The notes below the pieces were generated by a model, which searched no databases, had not been told where the DNA came from, and saw only the letters and a program-made list of their open reading frames with translations. From an uncultured Collinsella sp. (GTDB lineage: Bacteria > Actinomycetota > Coriobacteriia > Coriobacteriales > Coriobacteriaceae), in NCBI GenBank assembly GCA_902497075.1, contig CABVDG010000003.1:10674-74673 (forward strand): a DNA stretch of 64,000 nt, written 5' to 3'. This document shows positions 8,667 through 16,922 of this stretch, one piece after another (positions within the stretch are counted from its first letter, which is position 1; every line of letters starts with the position of its first letter). The translations under genes and the position numbers were made by a program.

Positions 8667-11600
8667 TCACGCTTCGCCCCAGAATCTATGCGTGTTGCGC
8701 AGGAGCTGTGCGGTTTTGCCCTCAGCGGCCGCAACGTCGGCCTCGTCAGCCTGCCAGGTCCAGTTGCCCGTGGCCACGCCCGGTACGTTCATGCGCGTGT
8801 CGTCGCCAAGCCCCAGCACGTCCTGCAGCGGCATCATCACCAGGGGAGCGTCGCTTGTCAGGGCGTTGCCCATGAGCTCGCTTGCCAATGCAATGCCGCT
8901 CGGTTCGTCGCCACCCGCAAAGGAGCGCGTGCACCAGCCGGCAAGCGTCGAGGTGTCGTGCGTCGAGGTGTACAGGATCTTGCCCGGTGTGGGATGAATT
9001 CCGCAGCGAACGTCGTAGTCGCTAAACTCCAGCACGTCCATGCCGGGGAAGCCGCAGGTCGAAGCCATCGCACGAACGCCAGGCGTCAGATAGCCCAGGT
9101 CCTCGGCGATAAAGTTGAGCGGACCCAGCTCGTCATAGGCGGTCTGGAACAGGTCTTTGCCCGGTCCTGCCAGCCAACGCCCGTCGGCGCATGCCTTGCC
9201 CGCGGGAATGCTGAAATAGCTGTGGAATCCCAGGAAGTGATCCAGGCGCACGCGGTCGTAGAGCGAAAACGCACGACGTAGGCGATCCATCCACCAGCTA
9301 TAGCCGTTCTGCTTCATGTGGTCCCAGCGGAACGTCGGGTTGCCCCACACCTGGCCCTCGGGCGCAAAGTTGTCGGGCGGCGCGCCAGAAATCTCAATCG
9401 CCTTACCGGTATCGGACAGCCAGAAGTTCTCGGGCTCGCTCCATGCATCGGCCGAATCGTCCGAGACATACATCGGGATATCGCCGATGACCTCGATGCC
9501 CTTCTTGTGCGCGTAGTTCATGAGCTCGCACCAGGCTAGGTCAAAGCGGTACTGCATGTACGCCTGAAGCTCGGCCTCGTCGTGGAAGCGCTTGTCGTCG
9601 ATCAGATGCTCGTTGTAGCGCGCAACATCTGCCGGCCAATCGTGGCGCGATTCGCCCTCAAAGTACTTTTTGACGGCCATGTAGACGCAGTACTTCTCGA
9701 ACCAATCGGCATTGCGATGTTTAAACGCGGTGTACAGCGGATCGGCATCCTCGCCGCCACGGGCCTTCCAAGTTTCAAAGTCGGCCGCCAGCTCCTCGTG
9801 GCTTTCGGGCAGCAGGTCGATATTGCCTGCAAAGGCCGAAGGACCGGCGTAAGGGGAGCGGAAGAAGTCCGTCGGGTTGACAGGCAGGACCTGCCAGTAG
9901 CGCATGCCCATAGCGGCCAGATGGTCGATAAAACGACGCGTTGGTGCGCCGATCGTGCCGGGCTTGCCGTCATCGGTCGGTACCGAGGTGATATGGCACA
10001 CAACGCCCGCGCCGTGATCGAGCGGCTCCTGCAGGCGCTGCTCGGCATGGTGATAGATGATCGACGAGCCCAGCGGATACAAATCGAGCGTGACCGTGCC
10101 GTTGTGAATCTCGCACTCGTGACCGCTAATCACGTCACTCGCGCATTCGTCGAGCGCCGGAATCGTCACGCGGTGCGAATTGCGCAGACTACGGTTGATG
10201 ATAACCGTCGCGGACTCGCCATCCTTGCCCGTGCGGTTGTATGCCAGCACCTCGTCGTTGAGCGCGAAGGCCTTGATCTCGCCGTCGATCATAAACGGCA
10301 GTGCGCGGCGTACGGCGGAGGCGTTTTTGACAATAGCCAGCGTGTCGAAGTCGTGCAGTTGGTCCTTGGTCGGCAGCGTACGGCGATTGCCCGGATCGGT
10401 CAGGCCCTCAAGGCCGTACTCGTCGCCATAGTAAATCGAAGGCACGCCGGGGAACGTCATCTGCATGAGCGTTGCAAGCCAAAAACGGCTCTTGGCCAGG
10501 CCCATCGAGTTCTCGTCTAGGCGCCACTTGCTGCGCTCGCACTCGGGTAGCTGCGACTCGTCGGGGCCGCCGCCGAGCACTGAGATGATACGTGGACGGT
10601 CGTGGCTCGACAGCAGGTTGAGCGCGCAGGACAGGGCCTCGCGCGGATAATTCTCGCGCAGGGTCTCGATATCCTCGGCTGCCTGGTAGGCGTTCTTGTA
10701 GCCCATCAAAAAGCCGATGACCATGTCGCGGAAGGGATAATCCATAGCCGAGTCGAGCTCTGAGCCTTGCAGATAGCGACGCAGATGGCCGTAGCTGATC
10801 TTGTTGGAGGCGTCTTCCCAGACTTCGCCGAGCAACAGTGCATCAGGCTTTTCGGCAAGTACTGCCTTCTTGATCTCGGTCAGGAAATCGTCCGAAAGCT
10901 CGTCGGCCACGTCCAGGCGCCAGCCATGAGCGCCGGCACGTAGCCATTTACGGATCACGCCGTCCTTGCCCAGAAGCCGCTCGCGTACCAGCTCGGAGCT
11001 CTCATTGATGGCGGGCATATTGCCCACGCCCCACCAGCAGTCGTATGAGCCGTCCTCGTGGAAATAAAACGCATCGCGCCATGGCGAATCCTCGCTCTGC
11101 CACGCGCCCACGCCGGGGTAGTTGCCGTAGCGGTTGAAATAGATCGAGTCATCGCCCGTGTGGTTGAAGACGCCGTCCAGAATGATGGAGATGCCCAGCT
11201 TCTCGGCCGCCTGGCACAGCTCGGTAAAGTCCTGCTCGGTGCCCAGGATCGGGTCGATCTTGGTGTAGTCGGCCGTGTCGTAGCGGTGGTTGCTCGCGGC
11301 TTCAAAAATGGGGTTGAGGTAGATGGCCGTAAAGCCCAGCTCGGCGATGCGAGGCAGGTCTTCCTGGATGCCCTTGAGCGACCCGCCGTAGAAGTCCCAG
11401 GTTTTGATGGAGCCGTCTTCGGCGCGCTCGTACACGGGCGGCTCGTTCCAGTCCTCGACCATGCGGCGCTGGATTCCGTTGCGTGGTTTTTCGACCTCGG
11501 CCAGCGTGCGCTCGCGCCAGTTTTCATCTCGGGCGTAGCGATCGGGGAAGATCTGGTAGACCATGCCACGCTCGTACCACTCGGGACGCACTTCGCGGTG

Positions 11601-11963
11601 CTTATAGACGGTAATCTGGAAGGACGGAACCTCGGCGTAGTCGTAAGTTACGCCCTCTCCGCCGGTGCGACCCTGCGGTGCGCCCAAGCGGACCTCGGGC
11701 TGGCCCTCGATATTGCATATAAAGCTGTACCACACAAGACACGGTTCAGTGCATTTGAGCTCGCCGGTAAAAATGCCATCGCCTTCGTGCTCCATTGGGA
11801 TCAGGGTCTCGCCGACTTCATCGACCCAGGTGCGCAGCGTAAGCGTTGCCTGGTTGGGATCGGCATCCTCCAAAATCACCGAGAGTGCAACGGAAGTTCC
11901 AGTGGCCACAGCGCCAAACGGAGTGCGAAACTGCGGTAGACGGCTGTTGTGTATCAATCTCAT
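8667..11963 (-). CDS. bifunctional GH13 alpha-amylase-family domain fused to GH77 4-alpha-glucanotransferase (MalQ-like)
   Basis: The N-terminal half has GH13 regions DGVFNHTGDDS, GWRLDVADEL, EVWED and LLSSHDRPR. The C-terminal half has amylomaltase motifs GAPPDNFAPEGQVWGNPTFRWD and RLDHFLGF. Confidence 0.85.
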   Translation of the reverse strand: MRLIHNSRLPQFRTPFGAVATGTSVALSVILEDADPNQATLTLRTWVDEVGETLIPMEHEGDGIFTGELKCTEPCLVWYSFICNIEGQPEVRLGAPQGRTGGEGVTYDYAEVPSFQITVYKHREVRPEWYERGMVYQIFPDRYARDENWRERTLAEVEKPRNGIQRRMVEDWNEPPVYERAEDGSIKTWDFYGGSLKGIQEDLPRIAELGFTAIYLNPIFEAASNHRYDTADYTKIDPILGTEQDFTELCQAAEKLGISIILDGVFNHTGDDSIYFNRYGNYPGVGAWQSEDSPWRDAFYFHEDGSYDCWWGVGNMPAINESSELVRERLLGKDGVIRKWLRAGAHGWRLDVADELSDDFLTEIKKAVLAEKPDALLLGEVWEDASNKISYGHLRRYLQGSELDSAMDYPFRDMVIGFLMGYKNAYQAAEDIETLRENYPREALSCALNLLSSHDRPRIISVLGGGPDESQLPECERSKWRLDENSMGLAKSRFWLATLMQMTFPGVPSIYYGDEYGLEGLTDPGNRRTLPTKDQLHDFDTLAIVKNASAVRRALPFMIDGEIKAFALNDEVLAYNRTGKDGESATVIINRSLRNSHRVTIPALDECASDVISGHECEIHNGTVTLDLYPLGSSIIYHHAEQRLQEPLDHGAGVVCHITSVPTDDGKPGTIGAPTRRFIDHLAAMGMRYWQVLPVNPTDFFRSPYAGPSAFAGNIDLLPESHEELAADFETWKARGGEDADPLYTAFKHRNADWFEKYCVYMAVKKYFEGESRHDWPADVARYNEHLIDDKRFHDEAELQAYMQYRFDLAWCELMNYAHKKGIEVIGDIPMYVSDDSADAWSEPENFWLSDTGKAIEISGAPPDNFAPEGQVWGNPTFRWDHMKQNGYSWWMDRLRRAFSLYDRVRLDHFLGFHSYFSIPAGKACADGRWLAGPGKDLFQTAYDELGPLNFIAEDLGYLTPGVRAMASTCGFPGMDVLEFSDYDVRCGIHPTPGKILYTSTHDTSTLAGWCTRSFAGGDEPSGIALASELMGNALTSDAPLVMMPLQDVLGLGDDTRMNVPGVATGNWTWQADEADVAAAEGKTAQLLRNTHRFWGEA

Positions 11964-12062
11964 AGTACGGTCCAGTTCAATAGAATCATGGCCTGCGGGC
12001 CATGGGTTTTACGCCTAAGATGTAAGTATATCTGTAGTACACAGGGTGTATAAACAACATCC

Positions 12063-12105
12063 GTTTACCATCGGCGAACGGTTGTCCTAGAAAATCGTTT
12101 TACCA
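12063..12105. promoter_or_regulatory. two GTTT(T)ACCA half-sites upstream of the GH13-GH77 gene (candidate operator)
   Basis: GTTTACCA at 12063-12070 and CGTTTTACCA at 12096-12105. The same motif occurs at 21940-22026. Confidence 0.4.
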
Positions 12106-12117
12106 CTACCTACAGAG

Positions 12118-12144
12118 AAGGGGCGCCCGGTTGGAGCGCCCCTT
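12118..12144 (-). terminator. hairpin after glgA
   Basis: AAGGGGCGC (12118-12126) pairs with GCGCCCCTT (12136-12144). The U-tract is weak. Confidence 0.45.
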
Positions 12145-12178
12145 GCTTAGGGTTTGATGAGGTTTTGGATCGTCTGGA

Positions 12179-14458
12179 TTAGCGGCGCTTGCGGGTGGCC
12201 GTTGCCTTGCGGACGGAAGTCTTCTTCGACGGCGCCTTTTTCTCGGTTGCGGCGGCGGGGGAGACCGGGGTCTCCATTGTGGGCTCGGGCTTGGCCTTTA
12301 CTGCGGGTTTGGCCTCGGCCTTAGCTTCCGCCTTAGGAGCAGCAGCCTTGGTCGTGGTCTTTTTGGCCGTCGTTGCAGTGCGCTTGCGCGTGGTGGTCTT
12401 GGCGGTCGGCTTGGCCTCGACAGCTGCCTCGGCCTTGGGCTCGGCGGCCGCCTCCTCGGCCTTGGTCGCAGTAGCATTTGCGGCGGCCTTCGGAGCGGCC
12501 TTGGTCGCAGTAGCCTTGACGGCCGTCGACTTCGTTGCCGTGTTCTTCTTGACGGTCGTTGCCTTCTTGGCGGTCGTGGTCGTCTTCTTGGCAGCGGTCT
12601 TTGCCGGAGCCTTGGCGGCCGGTTTGGCCTTAGCGACCTCGGCCTTTACCTCGGGAGCAGCCTCTGCCTCGGCGGCCTTCTTGGCAGCGGCAGTCGTGCG
12701 CTTGCGCGTGGTCGTTGTTTTGGCTGCGGTTGTTTTAGTCGCGGCAGCCTTGGTCGTCGTAACCTTCTTAGCCGTCGTCTTGCGGGTCGCGGTCTTCTTA
12801 GCTACGGGCTTTACAGCAGGCTTGACCTCGACCTCTGCCTTGTGAGCAACCTCAGCCTTCACCTCAGCCTCGGCCTTTGCTGGCTCAGCCTCAACCGGCT
12901 TCTCTTCGGCCTTGGGCTCCTCAGCGGCCACCGGCTCAGCAACAGCCTCAGGCTCGTCGACAACAGCCGCCGGCCTCTCAATCTCCGGATGCATAAAGAA
13001 GTACAGGTCCAGATACTTGTCGGCCGAGCGCGTCCAGCTAAAGTCCTGGCTCATGGCCTGCGTTACCAGCTGGTTCCAGGCATCGCGGTTGTCCCAGAAC
13101 AGGCGTGCCGCGCGGAACACGGCGTCGCCCATCTCGTCGCCGTTAAAGTTGCTAAACGAGAAGCCCGTGCCCTCGCCGGTAAACTCGTTGTAGGGCTGCA
13201 CGGTGTCCTTGAGGCCACCGGTCTCGCGCACGATGGGCAGGGTACCGTAGCGCATGGCGATGATCTGCGACAGGCCGCAGGGCTCAAACTTCGAAGGCAT
13301 CAGGAACATGTCGGCTGCGGCATACATACGCTGCGACAGCGCAGGATCGAACTCGATGCGTGCGGCCATGGTGCCGGGGTACTTGTCCTGGAAGTAGCGC
13401 AGGCCGTCCTCGTAGTCGCGGTCGCCGGTGCCCAGAACGGCCACCTGAACGCCGCCGGCTAGGATGCGATCGAGCGCGTACATGACCAGGTCCATGCCCT
13501 TTTGGCGCGTCAGGCGCGTGACCATCACCATAAGCGGACGGTCGTCGCGAACCTCGAGTCCCAGCTCTTCCTGCAGCTTGGCCTTGCACACGGCCTTGCC
13601 AGAACGGTCCTCCACGGTGTAGTTGGCGGCAATGCGCTTGTCGGTCGCCGGGTCAAAGCCTGCCACATCAATGCCATTAAGGATGCCCTGCAGCGCGTAC
13701 GAACGCTCGCGCAGCACGCCATCCAGGCCCTCGCCAAACTCGGGCGTCTGGATCTCGTTGGCATAGGTGGGGCTCACCGTGGTGATGGCATCGGCATAGC
13801 GCAGGGCACCCAGCATGTAGTTGATGCTGCAGGCGTCGCAACGCAGCTGCGAGGCGGCCGCCGGAATGTGCGCCACGCCCAGGATGTCCTCCATCACGGT
13901 GTCGCTAAACTGGCCTTGGAACGCCACGTTGTGGATCGAGAATACGGTCTTGACACGGTCGTACAGCGGCAGGCCCTGGTAGAACTCGCGCAAGAACACG
14001 GGCGCCAGTGCCGTCTGCCAGTCATTGCAGTGCAGGATGTCACACTCAAAACCGGCCGGCAGGTGCTGCAGACTCTCGGTGATGGCCTTGGAGAAAAACG
14101 CGAAGCGCTCGCCGTCATCAAAGAAGCCGTACGGATAGTCGCGCGCAAAGTAGCGCTCGTTGTCGATGAACATATAGGTGACGCCGTCGCTCTCGAGCTT
14201 CTCGAGCCCGCAGTATTCGTTGCGCCAGCCCAGGCTCACGTAGAAATCGGCAAAGTGCTCCATCTGCGCCTTGTACTCATCCTTGATGGTGGCGTACTTA
14301 GGCACCATGACGATGACCTCGGCGCCGGCGCGCACAAGCGCCGCGGGCAGCGAGCCCGCCACGTCGCCCAGGCCACCGGTCTTTACAAACGGTGCACACT
14401 CGGCCGAGGCAAACACGATCTGCATCTTTTTGCTGGAATCTGCCATATTGTCTCCCAT
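12179..14458 (-). CDS. glgA: glycogen synthase (GT5) with ~267-aa Lys/Ala/Thr/Glu-rich C-terminal extension
   Basis: KTGGLGDV motif and a full GlgA catalytic region up to about residue 490. Residues ~493-759 are low complexity (AKKTTTTAKKATTVKK..., TTRKRT repeats). Confidence 0.9.
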   Translation of the reverse strand: MGDNMADSSKKMQIVFASAECAPFVKTGGLGDVAGSLPAALVRAGAEVIVMVPKYATIKDEYKAQMEHFADFYVSLGWRNEYCGLEKLESDGVTYMFIDNERYFARDYPYGFFDDGERFAFFSKAITESLQHLPAGFECDILHCNDWQTALAPVFLREFYQGLPLYDRVKTVFSIHNVAFQGQFSDTVMEDILGVAHIPAAASQLRCDACSINYMLGALRYADAITTVSPTYANEIQTPEFGEGLDGVLRERSYALQGILNGIDVAGFDPATDKRIAANYTVEDRSGKAVCKAKLQEELGLEVRDDRPLMVMVTRLTRQKGMDLVMYALDRILAGGVQVAVLGTGDRDYEDGLRYFQDKYPGTMAARIEFDPALSQRMYAAADMFLMPSKFEPCGLSQIIAMRYGTLPIVRETGGLKDTVQPYNEFTGEGTGFSFSNFNGDEMGDAVFRAARLFWDNRDAWNQLVTQAMSQDFSWTRSADKYLDLYFFMHPEIERPAAVVDEPEAVAEPVAAEEPKAEEKPVEAEPAKAEAEVKAEVAHKAEVEVKPAVKPVAKKTATRKTTAKKVTTTKAAATKTTAAKTTTTRKRTTAAAKKAAEAEAAPEVKAEVAKAKPAAKAPAKTAAKKTTTTAKKATTVKKNTATKSTAVKATATKAAPKAAANATATKAEEAAAEPKAEAAVEAKPTAKTTTRKRTATTAKKTTTKAAAPKAEAKAEAKPAVKAKPEPTMETPVSPAAATEKKAPSKKTSVRKATATRKRR

Positions 14459-14470
14459 GTTGCAATTCGA

Positions 14471-14504
14471 GAATAGCCGCCTGGCGCTAACCGGGCGGCT
14501 ATTC
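14471..14504 (-). terminator. hairpin after glgD
   Basis: GAATAGCCGCC (14471-14481) pairs with GGCGGCTATTC (14494-14504). Confidence 0.45.
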
Positions 14505-14536
14505 TACATGTTACGAGCGATGTTGCGGTGCCAACG

Positions 14537-15664
14537 TTAACGTACGATGGTGGTGTCGGAAGTTAACGGAGCCTTGCCCAGCACCAGGATGTTCTCGGGC
14601 GTGCCGCGAAGCTCGGTGTTGGTGGGGACCACGTTGTTCTTGTCCAGAATGGCGTTCTCAACGCGGGCGCCGCTCTTGATGATGCAGCTCTGGTTGATGA
14701 TCGAGTTGGTCACCGAAGCGCCCTCCTCGACCACGACGCCGCGCGACAGGATCGAGTTGCGCACGGTGCCCTTGATGATGCAGCCGGCCGAGATGATCGA
14801 GTTGCACGCGTGGCTGCCGGTCGCATAGCGCGAAGGCGGCACGTCGTGGGCCTTGGTCAGAATCGGGCGCTCGGGATCGAAGAGCTGGTCGGCTACTGTC
14901 TGGTCGAGCAGGTCCATGCTGCGGCGATACAGCGACTTCTCGCTAAACACGCCCACGACCTCGCCCTTGTACTCGTAGCTGCACACGTCGATGTTGCCAA
15001 AGTCGCCCTGGAGTGCCTCTAGCAGGTCCAGATAGTCGGCGGCCTGGTAGTGGTCGATAATCTCGAGCAGCGTCTCGCGGTTGACGATGCAGCAGTCCAT
15101 AGACGCGTTGTCGCCATACACGACGCCGGCGCTCACGCCCGTCAGGCGGCCGTTCTCGTTAATCTCGAGCTTGGTCTCGTCATCGACATTGCGCGTGGCC
15201 TTGCAGTACACCACGGTCATCTGGGCACCGGAGTTCTCGTGCGCCTCGATGATGGTGTTGAGGTCCATGTTAAAGATGATGTTGGTGCCCATCATCACAA
15301 CATAGGGCTTCTCCGAGCGCTGGAACAGCGTCTTGTTGGAGATGATGTCGCGCAGCAGGAAGCGCATGCCGCCCTTGGTGGTGCCATACGCGTTGCCGGG
15401 CACCATGAACAGGCCGCCCTTCTTGCGGTCCAGGCCCCAGTCCTTGCCCGAGCCCACGTGGTCGATCAGCGAACGGTAGTTACCTGGCATGACGACTCCA
15501 ACGGTCTTGATGCCGGCATTCATCATGTTGGACAGCGGAAAGTCGATCAGGCGGTAGCGGCCCAAAAACGGAACGGACGCGATGGGGCGGTCCTTGAGCA
15601 GGACGCTGCCGTAGGTCGAAGAGTAGTTAGCGGTGATGTAACCGATGGCCTTGCGATTGATCAT
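14537..15664 (-). CDS. glgD: glucose-1-phosphate adenylyltransferase regulatory subunit GlgD (start at MINRKAIGYI; the ORF track extends to 15703)
   Basis: ADP-Glc pyrophosphorylase fold with a left-handed beta-helix C-terminus. Lies directly downstream of glgC. The ATG at 15664 is preceded by AAGGGGGAA. Confidence 0.8.
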   Translation of the reverse strand: MINRKAIGYITANYSSTYGSVLLKDRPIASVPFLGRYRLIDFPLSNMMNAGIKTVGVVMPGNYRSLIDHVGSGKDWGLDRKKGGLFMVPGNAYGTTKGGMRFLLRDIISNKTLFQRSEKPYVVMMGTNIIFNMDLNTIIEAHENSGAQMTVVYCKATRNVDDETKLEINENGRLTGVSAGVVYGDNASMDCCIVNRETLLEIIDHYQAADYLDLLEALQGDFGNIDVCSYEYKGEVVGVFSEKSLYRRSMDLLDQTVADQLFDPERPILTKAHDVPPSRYATGSHACNSIISAGCIIKGTVRNSILSRGVVVEEGASVTNSIINQSCIIKSGARVENAILDKNNVVPTNTELRGTPENILVLGKAPLTSDTTIVR

Positions 15665-15668
15665 CGGA

Positions 15669-16817
15669 TCATTCCCCCTTCCCGATAACGACGTCATTTC
15701 CAACGACGGCCGTATCCTTGGTGGTATCGACAGAGCCGAGCTTCACGCCCTCTTCGACCGTGGAGTTCTCGCCCAAAATAGCGCGGCAGATGTGCGCGCC
15801 GCTCTTAACGTGCGCACCCGGCAGCAGCACGGAGTCCTCGACCACGGCGCGCTCCTCGATGATGACATCGGTCGAAAGGATCGAGTGGCGAGCGGTGCCG
15901 TAGATCTTGCAGCCGTTGGAGACCAGGCAGTCGTCCAGGCGGCCGTCCGGGCCAATGTAGTGCGGCGGACGCGTGGTGATGTTGGACATGATGGGGAAGT
16001 TCTTGTCGAACAGATCGAACTCGGGGTTGTTACCCAGCAGGTCCATCGAGGTCTCATGGAAGCTGGCGATGGTGCCGACGTCCTTCCAGAAGCCGTGGAA
16101 CTCGTAGCTGTACAGGCGCTTGTTCTCACCGAGCAGCTTGGGGATGATGTCCTTGCCAAAGTCGTGGCTCGAGCGCTGGTCCAGAGCGTCCTCCTCGAGC
16201 GCCTCGATCAGCACGTCGGCCGAGAAGATGTAGATGCCCATGGACGCGAGGTTCGAATCGGGCTTCTCGGGCTTCTCGGTGAACTTGGTGATGCGGCCGT
16301 CTTCGGGGTCGGTGGTCAGGATGCCAAAGCGGCTGGCCTCCTCCCACGGCACGGGCATAACGCTCACCGTGAGGTCGGCGTTGTTCTCAATGTGCGTCTT
16401 GAGCATCTTGCGGTAGTCCATGCGATACAGGTGATCGCCCGAAAGAATCAGAACGTACTTGGGGTCGTTCGCCTTGATGTAGTCGAGGTTCTGCGTAATG
16501 GCGTCGGCCGTGCCCGCATACCAGGCGCCGCCGGTCTGCGTCTCGTACGGCGGCAGGATCGACACGCCGCCGTCGCGGCTGTCCAGATCCCACGCATCGC
16601 CGGAGCCCACGTAGGCATGCAGCAGGTAGGGACGGTACTGCGTCAGAACGCCCACCGTGTCGATGCCCGAGTTGGAGCAGTTGGACAGCGAAAAGTCGAT
16701 AATGCGGAACTTGCCACCAAAGCTAACCGCCGGCTTGGCGATCTTTTGGGTGAGTGCCCCCAATCGGCTGCCCTGTCCTCCTGCGAGGAGCATCGCGATG
16801 CATTCTTTCTTACTCAT
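15669..16817 (-). CDS. glgC: glucose-1-phosphate adenylyltransferase
   Basis: N-terminus [29 protein letters not shown] and a hexapeptide C-terminal domain. Confidence 0.9.
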   Translation of the reverse strand: MSKKECIAMLLAGGQGSRLGALTQKIAKPAVSFGGKFRIIDFSLSNCSNSGIDTVGVLTQYRPYLLHAYVGSGDAWDLDSRDGGVSILPPYETQTGGAWYAGTADAITQNLDYIKANDPKYVLILSGDHLYRMDYRKMLKTHIENNADLTVSVMPVPWEEASRFGILTTDPEDGRITKFTEKPEKPDSNLASMGIYIFSADVLIEALEEDALDQRSSHDFGKDIIPKLLGENKRLYSYEFHGFWKDVGTIASFHETSMDLLGNNPEFDLFDKNFPIMSNITTRPPHYIGPDGRLDDCLVSNGCKIYGTARHSILSTDVIIEERAVVEDSVLLPGAHVKSGAHICRAILGENSTVEEGVKLGSVDTTKDTAVVGNDVVIGKGE

Positions 16818-16922
16818 CGATTTCTCCTTCTGTCATCGATGTTCCTAACCCATTAGCGACGGGCGCGGCGCTCTGTCACGCCCGTCGAGTAATGCCGTAC
16901 GGCAAAGGGAGCTCGCGCGCCT

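Noticed and set aside
12182-12982. Nucleotide-level periodic repeats (GCC/AAG/ACC-rich units) that at first glance look like a tandem-repeat or CRISPR-like array.
   Set aside because: They lie in frame inside glgA and simply encode the low-complexity Lys/Ala/Thr tail. There is no repeat-spacer organisation.
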